A stretch of 63,706 bases of DNA, filler included, from Octopus bimaculoides (GCF_001194135.2; 4 parts of 4 records of this genome joined end to end with filler, not necessarily neighbours in it), one strand, 5' to 3'; positions 24,633 through 38,365 are shown, counted from the first letter of the whole stretch. Numbers and translations: made by a program. Notes: generated by a model not told the origin, from the letters alone.

Positions 24633-24702
24633 ATGTAATTCACAACTGGGTATGGTCGGAGGTGTGCAGGCCGTAAATTTGGATGCTAATGGCTGCCGTT
24701 AT
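24633..24702 (+). CDS. Astacin exon: GCxS...Q...L...GC segment
   Basis: tttacttctcag|A TGT...TAT|gtaagt gives GCNSQLGMVGGVQAVNLDANGCRY, with both conserved cysteines. Confidence 0.95.
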
Positions 24703-25189
24703 GTAAGTTATATATTTGTAACATTAACCTTATAGTTTAGAAGTCCTTATACAAAGGCATGTGTTTGTATGTTAGTGTTTACTAGTATATGTATGTACAT
24801 TCACGTATGCCTTCACAAATCACAACTACTGCCATAAGGTCTAGCCTTCAGTATTAGCAAATGCAATCTATTCTGTATTTTAAGTAGAGACTTACGATTT
24901 GATGATTGATAAATAGCTGTTCTTTGCATTTCGCTGGTTTCATAACATATGAGGTGAAGTGTGTGTGTGTGTGTGTGTGTGTGCGCTCGAGTACATGTAT
25001 ATGTGTTTCTGGAACATTCAGCGTATGCATGTTATATGTGTTTGGTATGACAACAAACACTTTGCGCTGAAGTTGCTACGTATGTGGAGTTGAACAAATG
25101 CATCTTTGCGAGTTTATCTCTGTGCGTCCATGCTTCAAATGAACTGGTAATAATTTGTTATATTACACATATATTGAATTTGTAAATGA

Positions 25190-25490
25190 GGGCACATGGC
25201 CAAGTGGTTGGGGCTTTTATACTCACGATCGTGAGATCGTGGGTTCGATTCCCAGCCCGAGTGATACGCTGTGTTCTTGAGCAAAATTACTTCATCTCAT
25301 GTTAATTTGCAATCATTTCAACATGTAACGTGTAGCACAAGCAACGTCAATTTTATGGCGAGAGTTAGCTTAAGTACAGCACAACTATTTGATCACTATA
25401 AACAAATCATCAGTGCAGCTAGTTCAGCCAAAAAATTGCAGAATCATTTTTCTCGGCTTCCAGAGACTATCGTTAATTAATTCACTGGGT
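25190..25490 (+). mobile_element. tRNA-derived SINE (family D-like head)
   Basis: gggcacatggccaagtggtt...gggttcgattccc...gtgttcttgagcaaaattacttc. Confidence 0.7.
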
Positions 25491-26277
25491 TATTAATTTC
25501 TTGAACTTCGTGAATTATTGGAGACCAAATAAAAAATTATGAGTGCATTTTGCATGGAAATTTTATTAAAAAAAAGTAAGAATATAGAAAAGAATATTGT
25601 TTACTTTATTTCATTAATCATACTTCGGTATTAAAAAAAAATATGTATGACACGTTTTTTCCAGACATACAAGCATTCATATATATTTTCTAAAGCCGTA
25701 TAATTATATTTTTTAACACTTCGCAGTACTTTTAGATAGTCTTTGCTGTCGTACCAATGCACTTCGGAATGCGATTTTAGAACTACTCATGTATATGCAT
25801 ACTAGCATCAAAAACTGAGCAAAATTTATAAATTAGGAATATATATCAATTACGTAGAACTTAGATCTACGTATAACGGATGTAAGAAAAGTTGCCTGCG
25901 GGTGACATTTCCACTATATTCAAATCTGACACTACCGCTCGCTTATAAATTTTCACAGAACCACAAATCCAAGGGTAAAGAACAATTTAACCCTTAACGT
26001 CAAAACAGTAATTTGTGTTACATTTTATGAGTCTGTAAAAGAAAAGGTTCATTATATTTTACTGGCATATCTACAATCTTGAAAAATGAGATAACACTGA
26101 TTTTTGAAAAATTAAGCACTCACTATTTTTCTCAGCATAGCTATGCCCCTACAGTTATTTATACCATCGAAATTCGGCACTGGTATTAATAAAAAATTCC
26201 CCATTCATTCTGTGTAACCTTCAATAATTTGAGCTTGTTTTAAAAAAAAATAAAAAACCTTTCCTTTTTTATTGCAG

Positions 26278-26481
26278 AAAGGACTTTATCTCCACGAAGT
26301 CGGTCATGCCGTAGGTCTTGTTCATGAGCATCAGCTACCTGATCGTGATAGGCACATTCGGATTATTTACCAAAATGTCTTGCCAAGCATGAGAATCTGG
26401 TTTAACAAATACTCTACCGATGTTATCAATACCATGAACGTGCCGTATGAGTTGTCGTCAGTCATGCACTATGGAATTACA
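26278..26481 (+). CDS. Astacin exon: zinc-binding motif and Met-turn
   Basis: ttttattgcag|AAA...ACA|gtgagt gives KGLYLHEVGHAVGLVHEHQLPDRDRHIRIIYQNVLPSMRIWFNKYSTDVINTMNVPYELSSVMHYGIT (HExxHxxGxxHE and SxMHY). Confidence 0.97.
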
Positions 26482-26630
26482 GTGAGTATAAGTTACCATT
26501 TCATAAACCCAGTGAAATAAAACGAGGTAGAGAGAGTGTGAGTGTAGAAATGGGAAGGAAGAGGACACAGGGTCGAAGTGAATTGGTGCAAACAACCTCC
26601 ACATGATATGTTGGTAGTTGGATGTACAAG

Positions 26631-26925
26631 TACTTACTTTTATACATTATATTATTGTATTAATTTTTATTGTTCAATTTATACTTTATTTGATTTTTAG
26701 ATTAATATTTTCATAATAAATGTTTCTTTGTATGGTATTCGCTGTCATTTAAAAAGTATTTGCTCTTATATATTATATGATTGTAATAATCTTACTGTCC
26801 AATATTATATTTTATTAAAATTTTAGATTTGTATTTTGTATGGTATATGTTTCACAGCATGGTTTTGGACGGATTCTTCATTGACTGAGTTGTGGAATGG
26901 TGGTTCATCTCTAAATTAGTTTTAT
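26631..26925. mobile_element. Second, inverted copy of the 15503-15805 repeat
   Basis: Reverse-complement match of roughly 90 percent by eye over about 295 bp. Confidence 0.85.
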
Positions 26926-26972
26926 ATATATATATATATATGTATGTGTATATATATATATATATATATATA

Positions 26973-27072
26973 NNNNNNNNNNNNNNNNNNNNNNNNNNNN
27001 NNNNNNNNNNNNNNNNTTAATTAATTAANNNNNNNNNNNNNNNNNNNNNNNNNNNNNNNNNNNNNNNNNNNN
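26973..27072. other. Assembly spacer N44-TTAATTAATTAA-N44 (artefact)
   Basis: An identical 100-bp construct occurs at 48088-48187 and 56303-56402. Confidence 0.92.
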
Positions 27073-27155
27073 TATATATGTATATATGTATGTGTCTGTA
27101 TGCATTTGTCTATCTCTTGACAATATTACTATGTAAGAGCTTTCAATTTCCTGAG

Positions 27156-27221
<66 letters not shown>
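27156..27221. repeat. (CTA)n microsatellite
   Basis: About 22 units. Confidence 0.95.
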
Positions 27222-27222
<1 letters not shown>

Positions 27223-28726
27223 ATATAGCAGTAGTAGTAGCAACCAAAATAAACCATCATTATTCATACTGCAACAAAAGCAGTACAATCTCACACCATT
27301 CATCGTTTGCGTCTTCATCTCCACCACCGACACCATCGCCACAAGGCGTCGTATCACCATCATCATAATCCTCATCATCCTCATCGCTGGCGCCACCACC
27401 GCTATCTCCATCGCCGCGGCCGCCACCACGCCGTCCACGCCACCATTCTACTTCCTTCTCAATATTTGGACATTACGCGGTTGGCAGCGGCTCATGTCAA
27501 TTATTCGCCATCTTAAGACACTAACAACTCGCATACCGAACCCATCCCACACCTTTTTGCCACCACCCACCTATAAACATACAGGAATATCTGCATGCAT
27601 ACACACACACAGACACCAAACACACACGCAAACACGCACACGCGCATACGTATACACATGAATTTATTGACATATGTACGGATATATTTATGCAGATAAG
27701 TAGAGAAGTGTATCAATGAATGTGTTTGTGTGTAGGTATGAATGCATATTTATGTATTCGACACACGTAACTAATCGAATTTTCTTAATTGGTTAATTGG
27801 TGTACATGTAAATATTGATTGACGCGTGTATATATATGTATATATATGTATATACATATATATACACACACTTATATGCATATATAAACATATATATATA
27901 CATATNNNNNNNNNNNNNNNNNNNNNNNNNNNNNNNNNNNNNNNNNNNNNNNNNNNNNNNNNNNNNNNNNNNNNNNNNNNNNNNNNNNNNNNNNNNNNNN
28001 NNNNNNNNNNNNNNNNNNNNNNNNNNNNNNNNNNNNNNNNNNNNNNNNNNNNNNNNNNNNNNNNNNNNNNNNNNNNNNNNNNNNNNNNNNNNNNNNNNNN
28101 NNNNNNNNNNNNNNNNNNNNNNNNNNNNNNNNNNNNNNNNNNNNNNNNNNNNNNNNNNNNNNNNNNNNNNNNNNNNNNNNNNNNNNNNNNNNNNNNNNNN
28201 NNNNNNNNNNNNNNNNNNNNNNNNNNNNNNNNNNNNNNNNNNNNNNNNNNNNNNNNNNNNNNNNNNNNNNNNNNNNNNNNNNNNNNNNNNNNNNNNNNNN
28301 NNNNNNNNNNNNNNNNNNNNNNNNNNNNNNNNNNNNNTATATCTGTGAATGATATATATTTATTTTAGTCTTCTTTCATTCCACTTGGGGTATTTGAGAA
28401 GATTACGTGATTACGTTGAGCAAAACTCTGTGATGCGGGTTCAATTTCTTGGTGATCCTTCATCCCTTACTTCACCCATCATAAGTTTGGTTTCTAGTCT
28501 ATGACCTGTAAAAGCAGAAGAATTATGGATTCTGTCAAATTAATCTTACCATTTGATTGGAAACACAGAGGTCAGTTCCTCACAAGTGACCCAACCATTT
28601 ATATAGAACTATTTCATGAACGCATCACAGTCATTGATTTATTGAATATATGTGAGTGTGTGTGTGTGTGTGTGTGTGCGTGTATGTGTGTTTGCATGTG
28701 TGTTTCTGTCTGTGTGTGTTTCGAAA

Positions 28727-28803
28727 CTTTGATGAAGATGTTAGGTGATACACAAGCATCCAACTATGAGTGCAGAGCATATTATAACCGAAACAGCTGT
28801 AAG
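28727..28803 (+). ncRNA. Decayed hammerhead motif (Penelope-type)
   Basis: TTGATGA (C3 changed to T)...GGTGATA/TATAACC-GAAAC-AGCT-GTA-AG; the stem III palindrome is identical to that at 23757. Confidence 0.45.
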
Positions 28804-28904
28804 CTGATGAACTTCATGATATAATTTTCTTTGTCATTGTAATTTCTTATCACTGCTCTGTATTCGATAAACCCTACACATATATATATATATATATATA
28901 TATG

Positions 28905-28930
28905 TAGGGTTAGGGTTAGGGTTAGGGTTA
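28905..28930 (+). repeat. Interstitial telomere-like (TTAGGG)4
   Basis: TAGGGTTAGGGTTAGGGTTAGGGTTA. Confidence 0.85.
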
Positions 28931-29109
28931 TATGAATCTACCAAATTATCGTAATATCCGCAGTATGACCTTCCTTCACGTTCAGGAATAGTATAACTTC
29001 TACAACATTATAAAAAGCATCCTCTTTCCATGATCGGAGGGATTGCTTTGAGAGAGAGCTAGTTACTATTTCTAGCAAGTCGAGTACAAGCTCATTCTTG
29101 CGAAGAAGT

Positions 29110-29114
29110 TGTCG

Positions 29115-29162
<48 letters not shown>
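29110..29162. repeat. (GTT)n microsatellite
   Basis: Source of the poly-Q and poly-C ORFs. Confidence 0.95.
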
Positions 29163-29163
<1 letters not shown>

Positions 29164-29466
29164 CTAGAGTGGAGGGAACATGTTCTGAAGGGCATTTCAA
29201 CTGTGACCACCCTGTCGTATAAAGAACATGTAAGACTTGATGTATCCTTCTTTATTCAAGAGCGTAGAGGTGTAGTTTGAGGAGGAGGCTTTGGTGGTTA
29301 TATCTAGCTGACTGATTAGCCATTTAGAGGTTCGTACGTTGCGAGTAAATGTTTTAAAGCGATGTGACAGAACTGTCATCGAGTTATGAAGAATGGCATT
29401 GGTAAGTGTTGCGTTAGGAAAGGAGAGTGGTGGGAAGAGGAGAGCGGGGTGACAGAGAGAGAAAAA

Positions 29467-29505
<39 letters not shown>

Positions 29506-30557
29506 NNNNNNNNNNNNNNNNNNNNNNNNNNNNNNNNNNNNNNNNNNNNNNNNNNNNNNNNNNNNNNNNNNNNNNNNNNNNNNNNNNNNNNNNNNNNNNN
29601 NNNNNNNNNNNNNNNNNNNNNNNNNNNNNNNNNNNNNNNNNNNNNNNNNNNNNNNNNNNNNNNNNNNNNNNNNNNNNNNNNNNNNNNNNNNNNNNNNNNN
29701 NNNNNNNNNNNNNNNNNNNNNNNNNNNNNNNNNNNNNNNNNNNNNNNNNNNNNNNNNNNNNNNNNNNNNNNNNNNNNNNNNNNNNNNNNNNNNNNNNNNN
29801 NNNNNNNNNNNNNNNNNNNNNNNNNNNNNNNNNNNNNNNNNNNNNNNNNNNNNNNNNNNNNNNNNNNNNNNNNNNNNNNNNNNNNNNNNNNNNNNNNNNN
29901 NNNNNNNNNNNNNNNNNNNNNNNNNNNNNNNNNNNNNNNNNNNNNNNNNNNNNNNNNNNNNNNNNNNNNNNNNNNNNNNNNNNNNNNNNNNNNNNNNNNN
30001 NNNNNNNNNNNNNNNNNNNNNNNNNNNNNNNNNNNNNNNNNNNNNNNNNNNNNNNNNNNNNNNNNNNNNNNNNNNNNNNNNNNNNNNNNNNNNNNNNNNN
30101 NNNNNNNNNNNNNNNNNNNNNNNNNNNNNNNNNNNNNNNNNNNNNNNNNNNNNNNNNNNNNNNNNNNNNNNNNNNNNNNNNNNNNNNNNNNNNNNNNNNN
30201 NNNNNNNNNNNNNNNNNNNNNNNNNNNNNNNNNNNNNNNNNNNNNNNNNNNNNNNNNNNNNNNNNNNNNNNNNNNNNNNNNNNNNNNNNNNNNNNNNNNN
30301 NNNNNNNNNNNNNNNNNNNNNNNNNNNNNNNNNNNNNNNNNNNNNNNNNNNNNNNNNNNNNNNNNNNNNNNNNNNNNNNNNNNNNNNNNNNNNNNNNNNN
30401 NNNNNNNNNNNNNNACTCGACGTGAAAGAATGAAAAATAGTTCGCAATTGTTGCTCTTGGTTTATTGTCATTGTTCTTCTTTATTTACTACTGGTGGTGG
30501 TGGTGGTGGTGGTAGTGGTGGTGCTGGAGGTTATGGTGGCGATGGTCGTGAAGCGTG

Positions 30558-30603
<46 letters not shown>

Positions 30604-30900
30604 TGCCGTAAATGTTATTGTCGATTATTTCTTGTTGAGTGTCAAACTTTGTGCAACCGTTTAAATAAAATTTTCAAGAAAAGAAAAACAGAGAGATAAA
30701 GGGGAAGAGAGAGATAAAGGGGAAGAGAGATGGGGAGAAAGGGAGAGAGAGATGGGGAGAGAGAGAGACGGGGAGAGAGATGGCGAGAGAGATGGGGGTT
30801 AGAGATAGAGTGAAGGGAAAGAAGATAAAGCTATGGACATAGAGAGAGATTGAGAAAGAAAGAGACAGGGAAACGGGGGATAAAGAAACTCTCTGAGTAT

Positions 30901-30959
<59 letters not shown>

Positions 30960-31044
30960 CAAGAGTGAGAGAAAGGGTTGAGTTTAGGGACAGAAAGAAG
31001 GGAGAAGAAAGATAAAGCTAAGGGAATATTCTTTTTTTTCTAAT

Positions 31045-31247
31045 CTAGGCACAAGGCCCGAAATTTTTGGGGAGGGGGCATTCGATTAGATCGACCCCAG
31101 TACGCAACTAGTACTTAATTTATCGAACCCGAAAGGATGAAAGGCAAAGTCGACCTCGACGGAATTTGAACTCAGAGCGTAAGACAGACGAAATACCGCT
31201 AAGCATTTCGTCCGGCGTGCTAACGATTCTGCCAGCTCACCGCCTTA
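31045..31247 (-). mobile_element. SINE family A, well preserved
   Basis: ctaggcacaaggcccgaaattttt...cgattctgccagctcaccgcctt. Confidence 0.9.
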
Positions 31248-31713
31248 AAGCTAACGGTATACTGAGAGAGATTGAGAAATAGAGAGAGAAAAAGAGGATA
31301 AAGAAATAATGAGGCAGAGAGGCAGAGAGAAAGCAAGGGGTAGAGAAATAGAACTTGGGAGATAAAGATGGAGAAAGAAATGGAGAGAAAGGGGGGAAGG
31401 GGTTAAAATAATAAACGGTGAATAATGAGATGATTGGAAGCTGAATGAGATTTTGATGGAGAGACCGAAAGACAGAGAAAACGACAAAAAATGGATGAGC
31501 AAGAAATAAAGATGAAAGCAAGAGAATAATGTAGACAAATAGCTAACTAGTTGGCTTGTTAGGTTGTTTGTTAGTTTGAGAGAGAGAGAGGGAGAGAGAG
31601 AGATAGAGAGAGAGAGATAGATAGATAAATAAATAAACTGGTTGATAGATTGACGTACAGATAAGTAAATATATGGATTGATAGATAGGTAAATTCTTAG
31701 CTATATATTTCTG

Positions 31714-31772
<59 letters not shown>

Positions 31773-31931
31773 GCAGCTAGAAAAGGACAGACAGAAAGGC
31801 ACGCACGCACATAGACACATGAACTCTCGCACACACATTTGTAAACGGTAGCAACATCACCACATTACCATAAGTAGAGAGAAAATTAAACAACAAGAGC
31901 GTAAGAGATAGAGAGCGAGAAAGTGAAAGTC

Positions 31932-32015
<84 letters not shown>

Positions 32016-33054
32016 GGAAAGAGAGAAAGAAACGGTGTTATTGAAATATAAGCAAACCACTGAGACATGAAAAAAAAAACAAAAGAAAATGAAATACAAA
32101 TAAAACAAATAAATAAGTAAATAACACCTAAAACGACGGAATGTCGTAAAAATCACACACACAAACCTCTAGAGCAATTAATAAAACACAGAGTGTCGAT
32201 AAGGAGCGGTTTTCTTTTCGTTTTGATTCGTGATATTTGTTTTTCTTGGTCTTTCCTTCGAGTTGGCACCACTTCATCCGGTTTACAAGCACGTGACAAA
32301 ACCACACAGCAAGAGCAACAAGAAACTTACCTTGTCAATATATCGATATATCGATACATATTTGTCACCTATTAATGATCGAGCATTTAGCTTCCCTTTC
32401 CTCCCAGAATTCCTTCGCCAAAGAAATTGGTTGACAGGGTTAGGATGGTGTGGGGGCATGTAGCATCTGGAATCATTGCCAAGACAGAAAAGCGAAGAGG
32501 TTAGAATGTCCGACCATAAAGATTAGCATTTTATCAATTCAGAGTGATTGCAAGCTCTTAACTTAGCAGCGCGGCAAAAGAGACCCATAGAATAAGTGCC
32601 CGACTGAAAAGATAATGGGTGGGGTTGTTTTAGTCTAAAACTTAAGCCCCAGCATGGCTGCAGTCCAATGATTGAAACAAGTTAAAGATAATAGAGGGAA
32701 AAGATGTTCACTTATGTTTGTTGTAAAATGTCACCCGTTTGAAATGCTGACTCTGAAGCCCACCGGTAAAAGAACTAGACATTTCTAAATGTAAGAATCG
32801 AAGAGTTTTAACGTTAAAAGCTCAATCACTGCGGCTGAATAATGGGAGGTAATCCGGAAAACGTAAGAATCCATGCAACACAAGGAACGTAGAACCGAGC
32901 CAAATAAACGTGAGAACAACAATATTACGATAGTACGGGTCGACTATGGGCTTTTGAGCGGGTTTGGTTGAAGGAAACGGAGAGGAAACCACCGTACACC
33001 TACACATACGCGCACACACATACATGCATATATTTGTGTGTGTGTGTGTGTGTG

Positions 33055-33270
33055 TGTATCTTTTGTGTCTGTATTTGTCCCCCCACCACACTTGATAGCC
33101 ACTGTTGGTTTGTTTATGTCTCTGTAACTTTGCAGTTACGCAAAAAGATCGACGATATAAATGCCAGGCTTTATGAAATAACTTGTGTCGATTATTCAGT
33201 AAGACCCATTTAAGGCGGTGCTCCAGCATTGCCGCAGTTCAATGACAAAAACAAGTGAAAGAAAAGATGA
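33055..33270 (+). mobile_element. SINE family C 3' half
   Basis: tttgtccccccaccacacttgatagcc...aggcggtgctccagcattgccgcag. Confidence 0.75.
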
Positions 33271-34025
33271 AGAATGCCAAATGTATAAAAGAACTCCTAT
33301 GTTCGATTCTTATCAAAACCCAAAAGTCTTGCAACGCAAAAATTACTAAAAAAAAGTCCAGGATGTGTAACAAAAAAGACAAACGTTAAAATAGTAACGA
33401 AAGAATAGAAAAATGTATTTGTAGCAGAAGAAAATAAATCGCAAAAAAAATTGAAGCAACGACGACTACAAAATTCCAACATAAAAAAGAAACAGGAGAA
33501 AACTCTAACATAAAGAAAAAAAGTTTTAATATTTTTTAAAACCGAAATTTCTAACGAAAAAATCGACAAAAACAGAGGAAATAAAGAATTTTAACAATAT
33601 AAAAATACGTTAAAAAATGGCGATGATACCAAACTCGGCCGGTCTTCTTCCATCTTATAAAGCTCAGTCTTGGAACAAATAATTTTATAGTTGTAGAGGA
33701 AACGCCGATCAAGTGTTTTCTGTTTTCTTTTCTTTTATTTCATTCAACGTGAGCTCCAATATGGTGTCGACAGGAAGTTGTCTGCCATTGCGTGTTTCAG
33801 TGAAGAGTTAATTATCATCATTATAATCTGTATTATTATCCCTATAATAATCTGTATCCTCACAATAATACCACACCAACTCCCACTTCTACTCCCTCAT
33901 ATGCAATCGTTAAGTAATATCACAAATTTATATTTCTTTCTCTCCCTCCACCCTTCTTCTTCTTCTTCTTCTTGCGTTGCGCCCCTTGTCTTCCATCAAA
34001 ATTTTCTCACGCCCTCAAGAATTTT

Positions 34026-34056
<31 letters not shown>

Positions 34057-34080
34057 ATTGCTACAATTATACAGATTACA

Positions 34081-34096
34081 TGCATCATCATCATCG

Positions 34097-34140
<44 letters not shown>

Positions 34141-34176
34141 GTCGTCATCATCATCATCATCATCACCATCATCATT
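34081..34176. repeat. (CAT)n microsatellite
   Basis: Source of the poly-H, S, I, D and M ORFs. Confidence 0.95.
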
Positions 34177-34239
34177 GTCAATAGCAGCAGTGGCAGCAAC
34201 GGCAACAGCAACAATAATCACAACAATAACGGTTTCGAA

Positions 34240-34705
<466 letters not shown>

Positions 34706-35231
34706 CTACAAAATACAGACACAAGAACAAAAAAGAAGGCAAGTAAAAACAATAATTCTGACAAGAGCAACAACAATAACAACAATCAAGTATTCGAAAG
34801 AAGTTCAGTAATGAAGAGAATCATGAAATGGCCAGCCCCAGGAGGGGTCTAAATATAGACTAACGTTTATCTCTATGATTGGGTGGTACATGGGGAGTGG
34901 AACGTGGGTGGGGTGTTTGTCTGTGTTTGTGTTTCGGTTTCTGTTTGATTCTGAGAGTGAATATGTATGTGTGTGTGTTTATGTGTGTGTGTATGTATGT
35001 GTGTGTAAAGTCACCGGAGGGCAGTGGACTTAAGGAGAGGAAGGTGAGATGGACTTGTTCTGTGATTGATGGTTAAAACGAGATAGATAGACAGACATAG
35101 ATAGATAGATAGATAGATAGAGAAGGAGAGAAAGAGATTGGGAGAGAGGGAAAGAAAGAACAGAAAAGAGAGACGAATGAGTGAAAGAGAGGCAGAGATA
35201 GAAAAAAAGGGAAAAAGTGAGAGAGAAAGAA

Positions 35232-35266
<35 letters not shown>

Positions 35267-35769
35267 GGGAGAGAGAGAGAGAAAGCAGGACAGTGAGTGA
35301 ATAAAAGAGAGAGAGAGAGAAAGAGCGAAAAAAGAGGCTGACGAGAAAGAGAGACGGATAAATGAGATGTTGAAGTGTGGGAGAGTAAGGTGACTGGTTA
35401 AAGAGGAGAGCAACCAGAGGTGAATTGTTTAGGTGTTGAGGCTAATACAGTGTGAGGTCCATTGAATTAATTTTACTGTTGGTGTTGTCAGCTAATCTAC
35501 TGGTCAGTCAGTTAAAAAACACAAAACAAAACAAAACAACAAACAAGAAATGAAGAAAAAAATACAAAAGCAAAGTAAATATCCAAACGAGATAAACTAG
35601 AAAATGGCTTCTGTTGAGATGAAGATGTCTTCTTCGTCCACCTCCTCACACCTTGTCTAACAACAGAGAAATGGTGGCGAGAAAGAGACTGGACGGCAAT
35701 AACATCTTTGTGTTTGAATGTGTGTGTGTATGTGTGTGTGCGCACGCGCCCGTATGTGTGTGTATGTGC

Positions 35770-35804
<35 letters not shown>

Positions 35805-37062
35805 TATATGTGTGTATATATGTATGTATATATATACATATACGTATATATATACATATGTATGCACATACATACGCATACACACATATATATATACATA
35901 TACATACGCATACACATATATATATATACATATACATATCTATAAATTTATAACTATCTATCTATCTATCTATCTATCAAGATATATAGATAGATAGGTA
36001 AATATGTATAGATAGACAAACACACACAATACACACACACACAGACACACACACACACACACACACATACACACAGAGTCTTGGTTAAAGGTGTAATTCC
36101 ATTAATAAAAAATAGTTTTCAACTGTATTTGATGCTGCTCCTGCTGCTAATGATGATGATAATGATGATGATGAAGGTCATGATGAGGATGAAGAGGATG
36201 AAGAGGATGGTGGAAAACCGAGGATGACTTTTATAATAAAACAATCAGAAAAAAACCCCACGAATAGTTTACCAATGTAGAACTACAAAAGGTTATCGAT
36301 AGTGTTTGAGTGATCAATGCCGTTTACATAGATAGATACCAATGTTATAATGATCAATGAACACTCCTATAGTTATTGATACTCTTACACAGATCAATAT
36401 CAATGTATAACTGATCAATACTGTTATATTAATCAATGGTGGCTGTGATACACCACTTTATCTCACCCCTCCACCTATTCAAACATTCCCCCTCCCCGCC
36501 AGTAGGACAATGTGGTCAGCCATGTTTGTGAACAAATTTCAGAGTTCTTCTTCAGTGTTGGAACTTGCGTTGCCATTTCATTTTAAATCCAAACTTGACG
36601 ANNNNNNNNNNNNNNNNNNNNNNNNNNNNNNNNNNNNNNNNNNNNNNNNNNNNNNNNNNNNNNNNNNNNNNNNNNNNNNNNNNNNNNNNNNNNNNNNNNN
36701 NNNNNNNNNNNNNNNNNNNNNNNNNNNNNNNNNNNNNNNNNNNNNNNNNNNNNNNNNNNNNNNNNNNNNNNNNNNNNNNNNNNNNNNNNNNNNNNNNNNN
36801 NNNNNNNNNNNNNNNNNNNNNNNNNNNNNNNNNNNNNNNNNNNNNNNNNNNNNNNNNNNNNNNNNNNNNNNNNNNNNNNNNNNNNNNNNNNNNNNNNNNN
36901 NNNNNNNNNNNNNNNNNNNNNNNNNNNNNNNNNNNNNNNNNNNNNNNNNNNNNNNNNNNNNNNNNNNNNNNNNNNNNNNNNNNNNNNNNNNNNNNNNNNN
37001 NNNNNNNNNNNNNNNNNNNNNNNNNNNNNNNNNNNNNNNNNNNNNNNNNNNNNNNNNNNNNN

Positions 37063-37133
<71 letters not shown>

Positions 37134-38287
37134 ATTGTAACTAATCTTGGTTGGTGCTCGTCTTCAACTGAGAAGACAGGAATAACATGAAATGAAGTTT
37201 CTTGCTCAAGGAAATAGCACACCACCTAGTTCTGAAACCGAACCCCAAACCTTTAGATTGTGAGCTCTAGCACAGTAACTACTAGGCTACTCCCTCTGAT
37301 ACACACACACGAATACATATGAATATACATATATAAATATGTATATGTATATGTACATAAATTTATAAGTATACGTATATATATGTATATATGTGTGTGC
37401 GTACATTTATATACATATAAATATGTTAAAAATATATATGTATTTAACATATTTCTAGAATATATAATTTAATATATATATTAAACATGTTTGATATATG
37501 TATATGTATATATATAAATATCTTTACATAATTCTGAATATATGCATGTACTGTGTATATATGCATAGAAACATTACATATACACATAGAAACACACATA
37601 TCTCTTTCTCTGTCTTTATCGATCTACAATCTATCTACACACCCACCCACCCTCACACCTACTCACACACATGCACACACATAGAGCACGAAATACGCTC
37701 CGCATCAGAGATATAGAATAATACGTTATCAAATTTAATAATGAAATACACCAGAAACTAGATGAAAGCCAAACAGATTTTACCCTGGAGATATATTATG
37801 AGAGCACCAAAACTAAAATCTCCCTCCTTCAGAATAATCGCAGACAGACTTCAATGCCTTGAAGCGTTGAGTAAACTTCTTATGCTCGTTGTAATTCACA
37901 ATTAGCAAAATTAAATTCTAAACTTCATTCTTCTGTTTGTTGTATTGGTCAGACTTCTACCACACTTTCACAACGACTGCCGATGCATTTATAGTAAGGA
38001 GTCATTGAAACAGGTTGTATGGCGCAGGAGAAACGAAAACTGGTTCTGTGAAAATAATACTTGATAACATTTGAGAATTTTGTTTACAACTAGATGATTT
38101 GCGAAAATATATCGACAGCGAAAATATATCGATAGCGAAAATATATCGATAGCAAAAATGAAAAAATACAAACAAAAAAAGCACGCAAATAATCAAAATT
38201 AAAAAAAATGGAAATTAGACCTAAGAGTTAACTTCAGATCAACCAATCAACGAATTTACTTATTAGTAAATGAAAAAGAAATAGCAA

Positions 38288-38288
<1 letters not shown>

Positions 38289-38365
<77 letters not shown>
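38289..38365. repeat. (TCTA)n microsatellite
   Basis: Further GATA-type arrays near 39070-39145, 42383-42438 and 43921-43971. Confidence 0.95.

Noticed and set aside
27307-27516. His/Arg-rich ORF
   Set aside because: Degenerate CAT/CAC/CGC low-complexity tract next to (CTA)n; no splice or homology support.
29350-29407. Strong donor TTG|GTAAGT with a short open frame (DVTELSSSYEEWH)
   Set aside because: No pyrimidine tract at the required acceptor, wrong phase, and no similarity to the expected next astacin exon (AFS...DG...TI).
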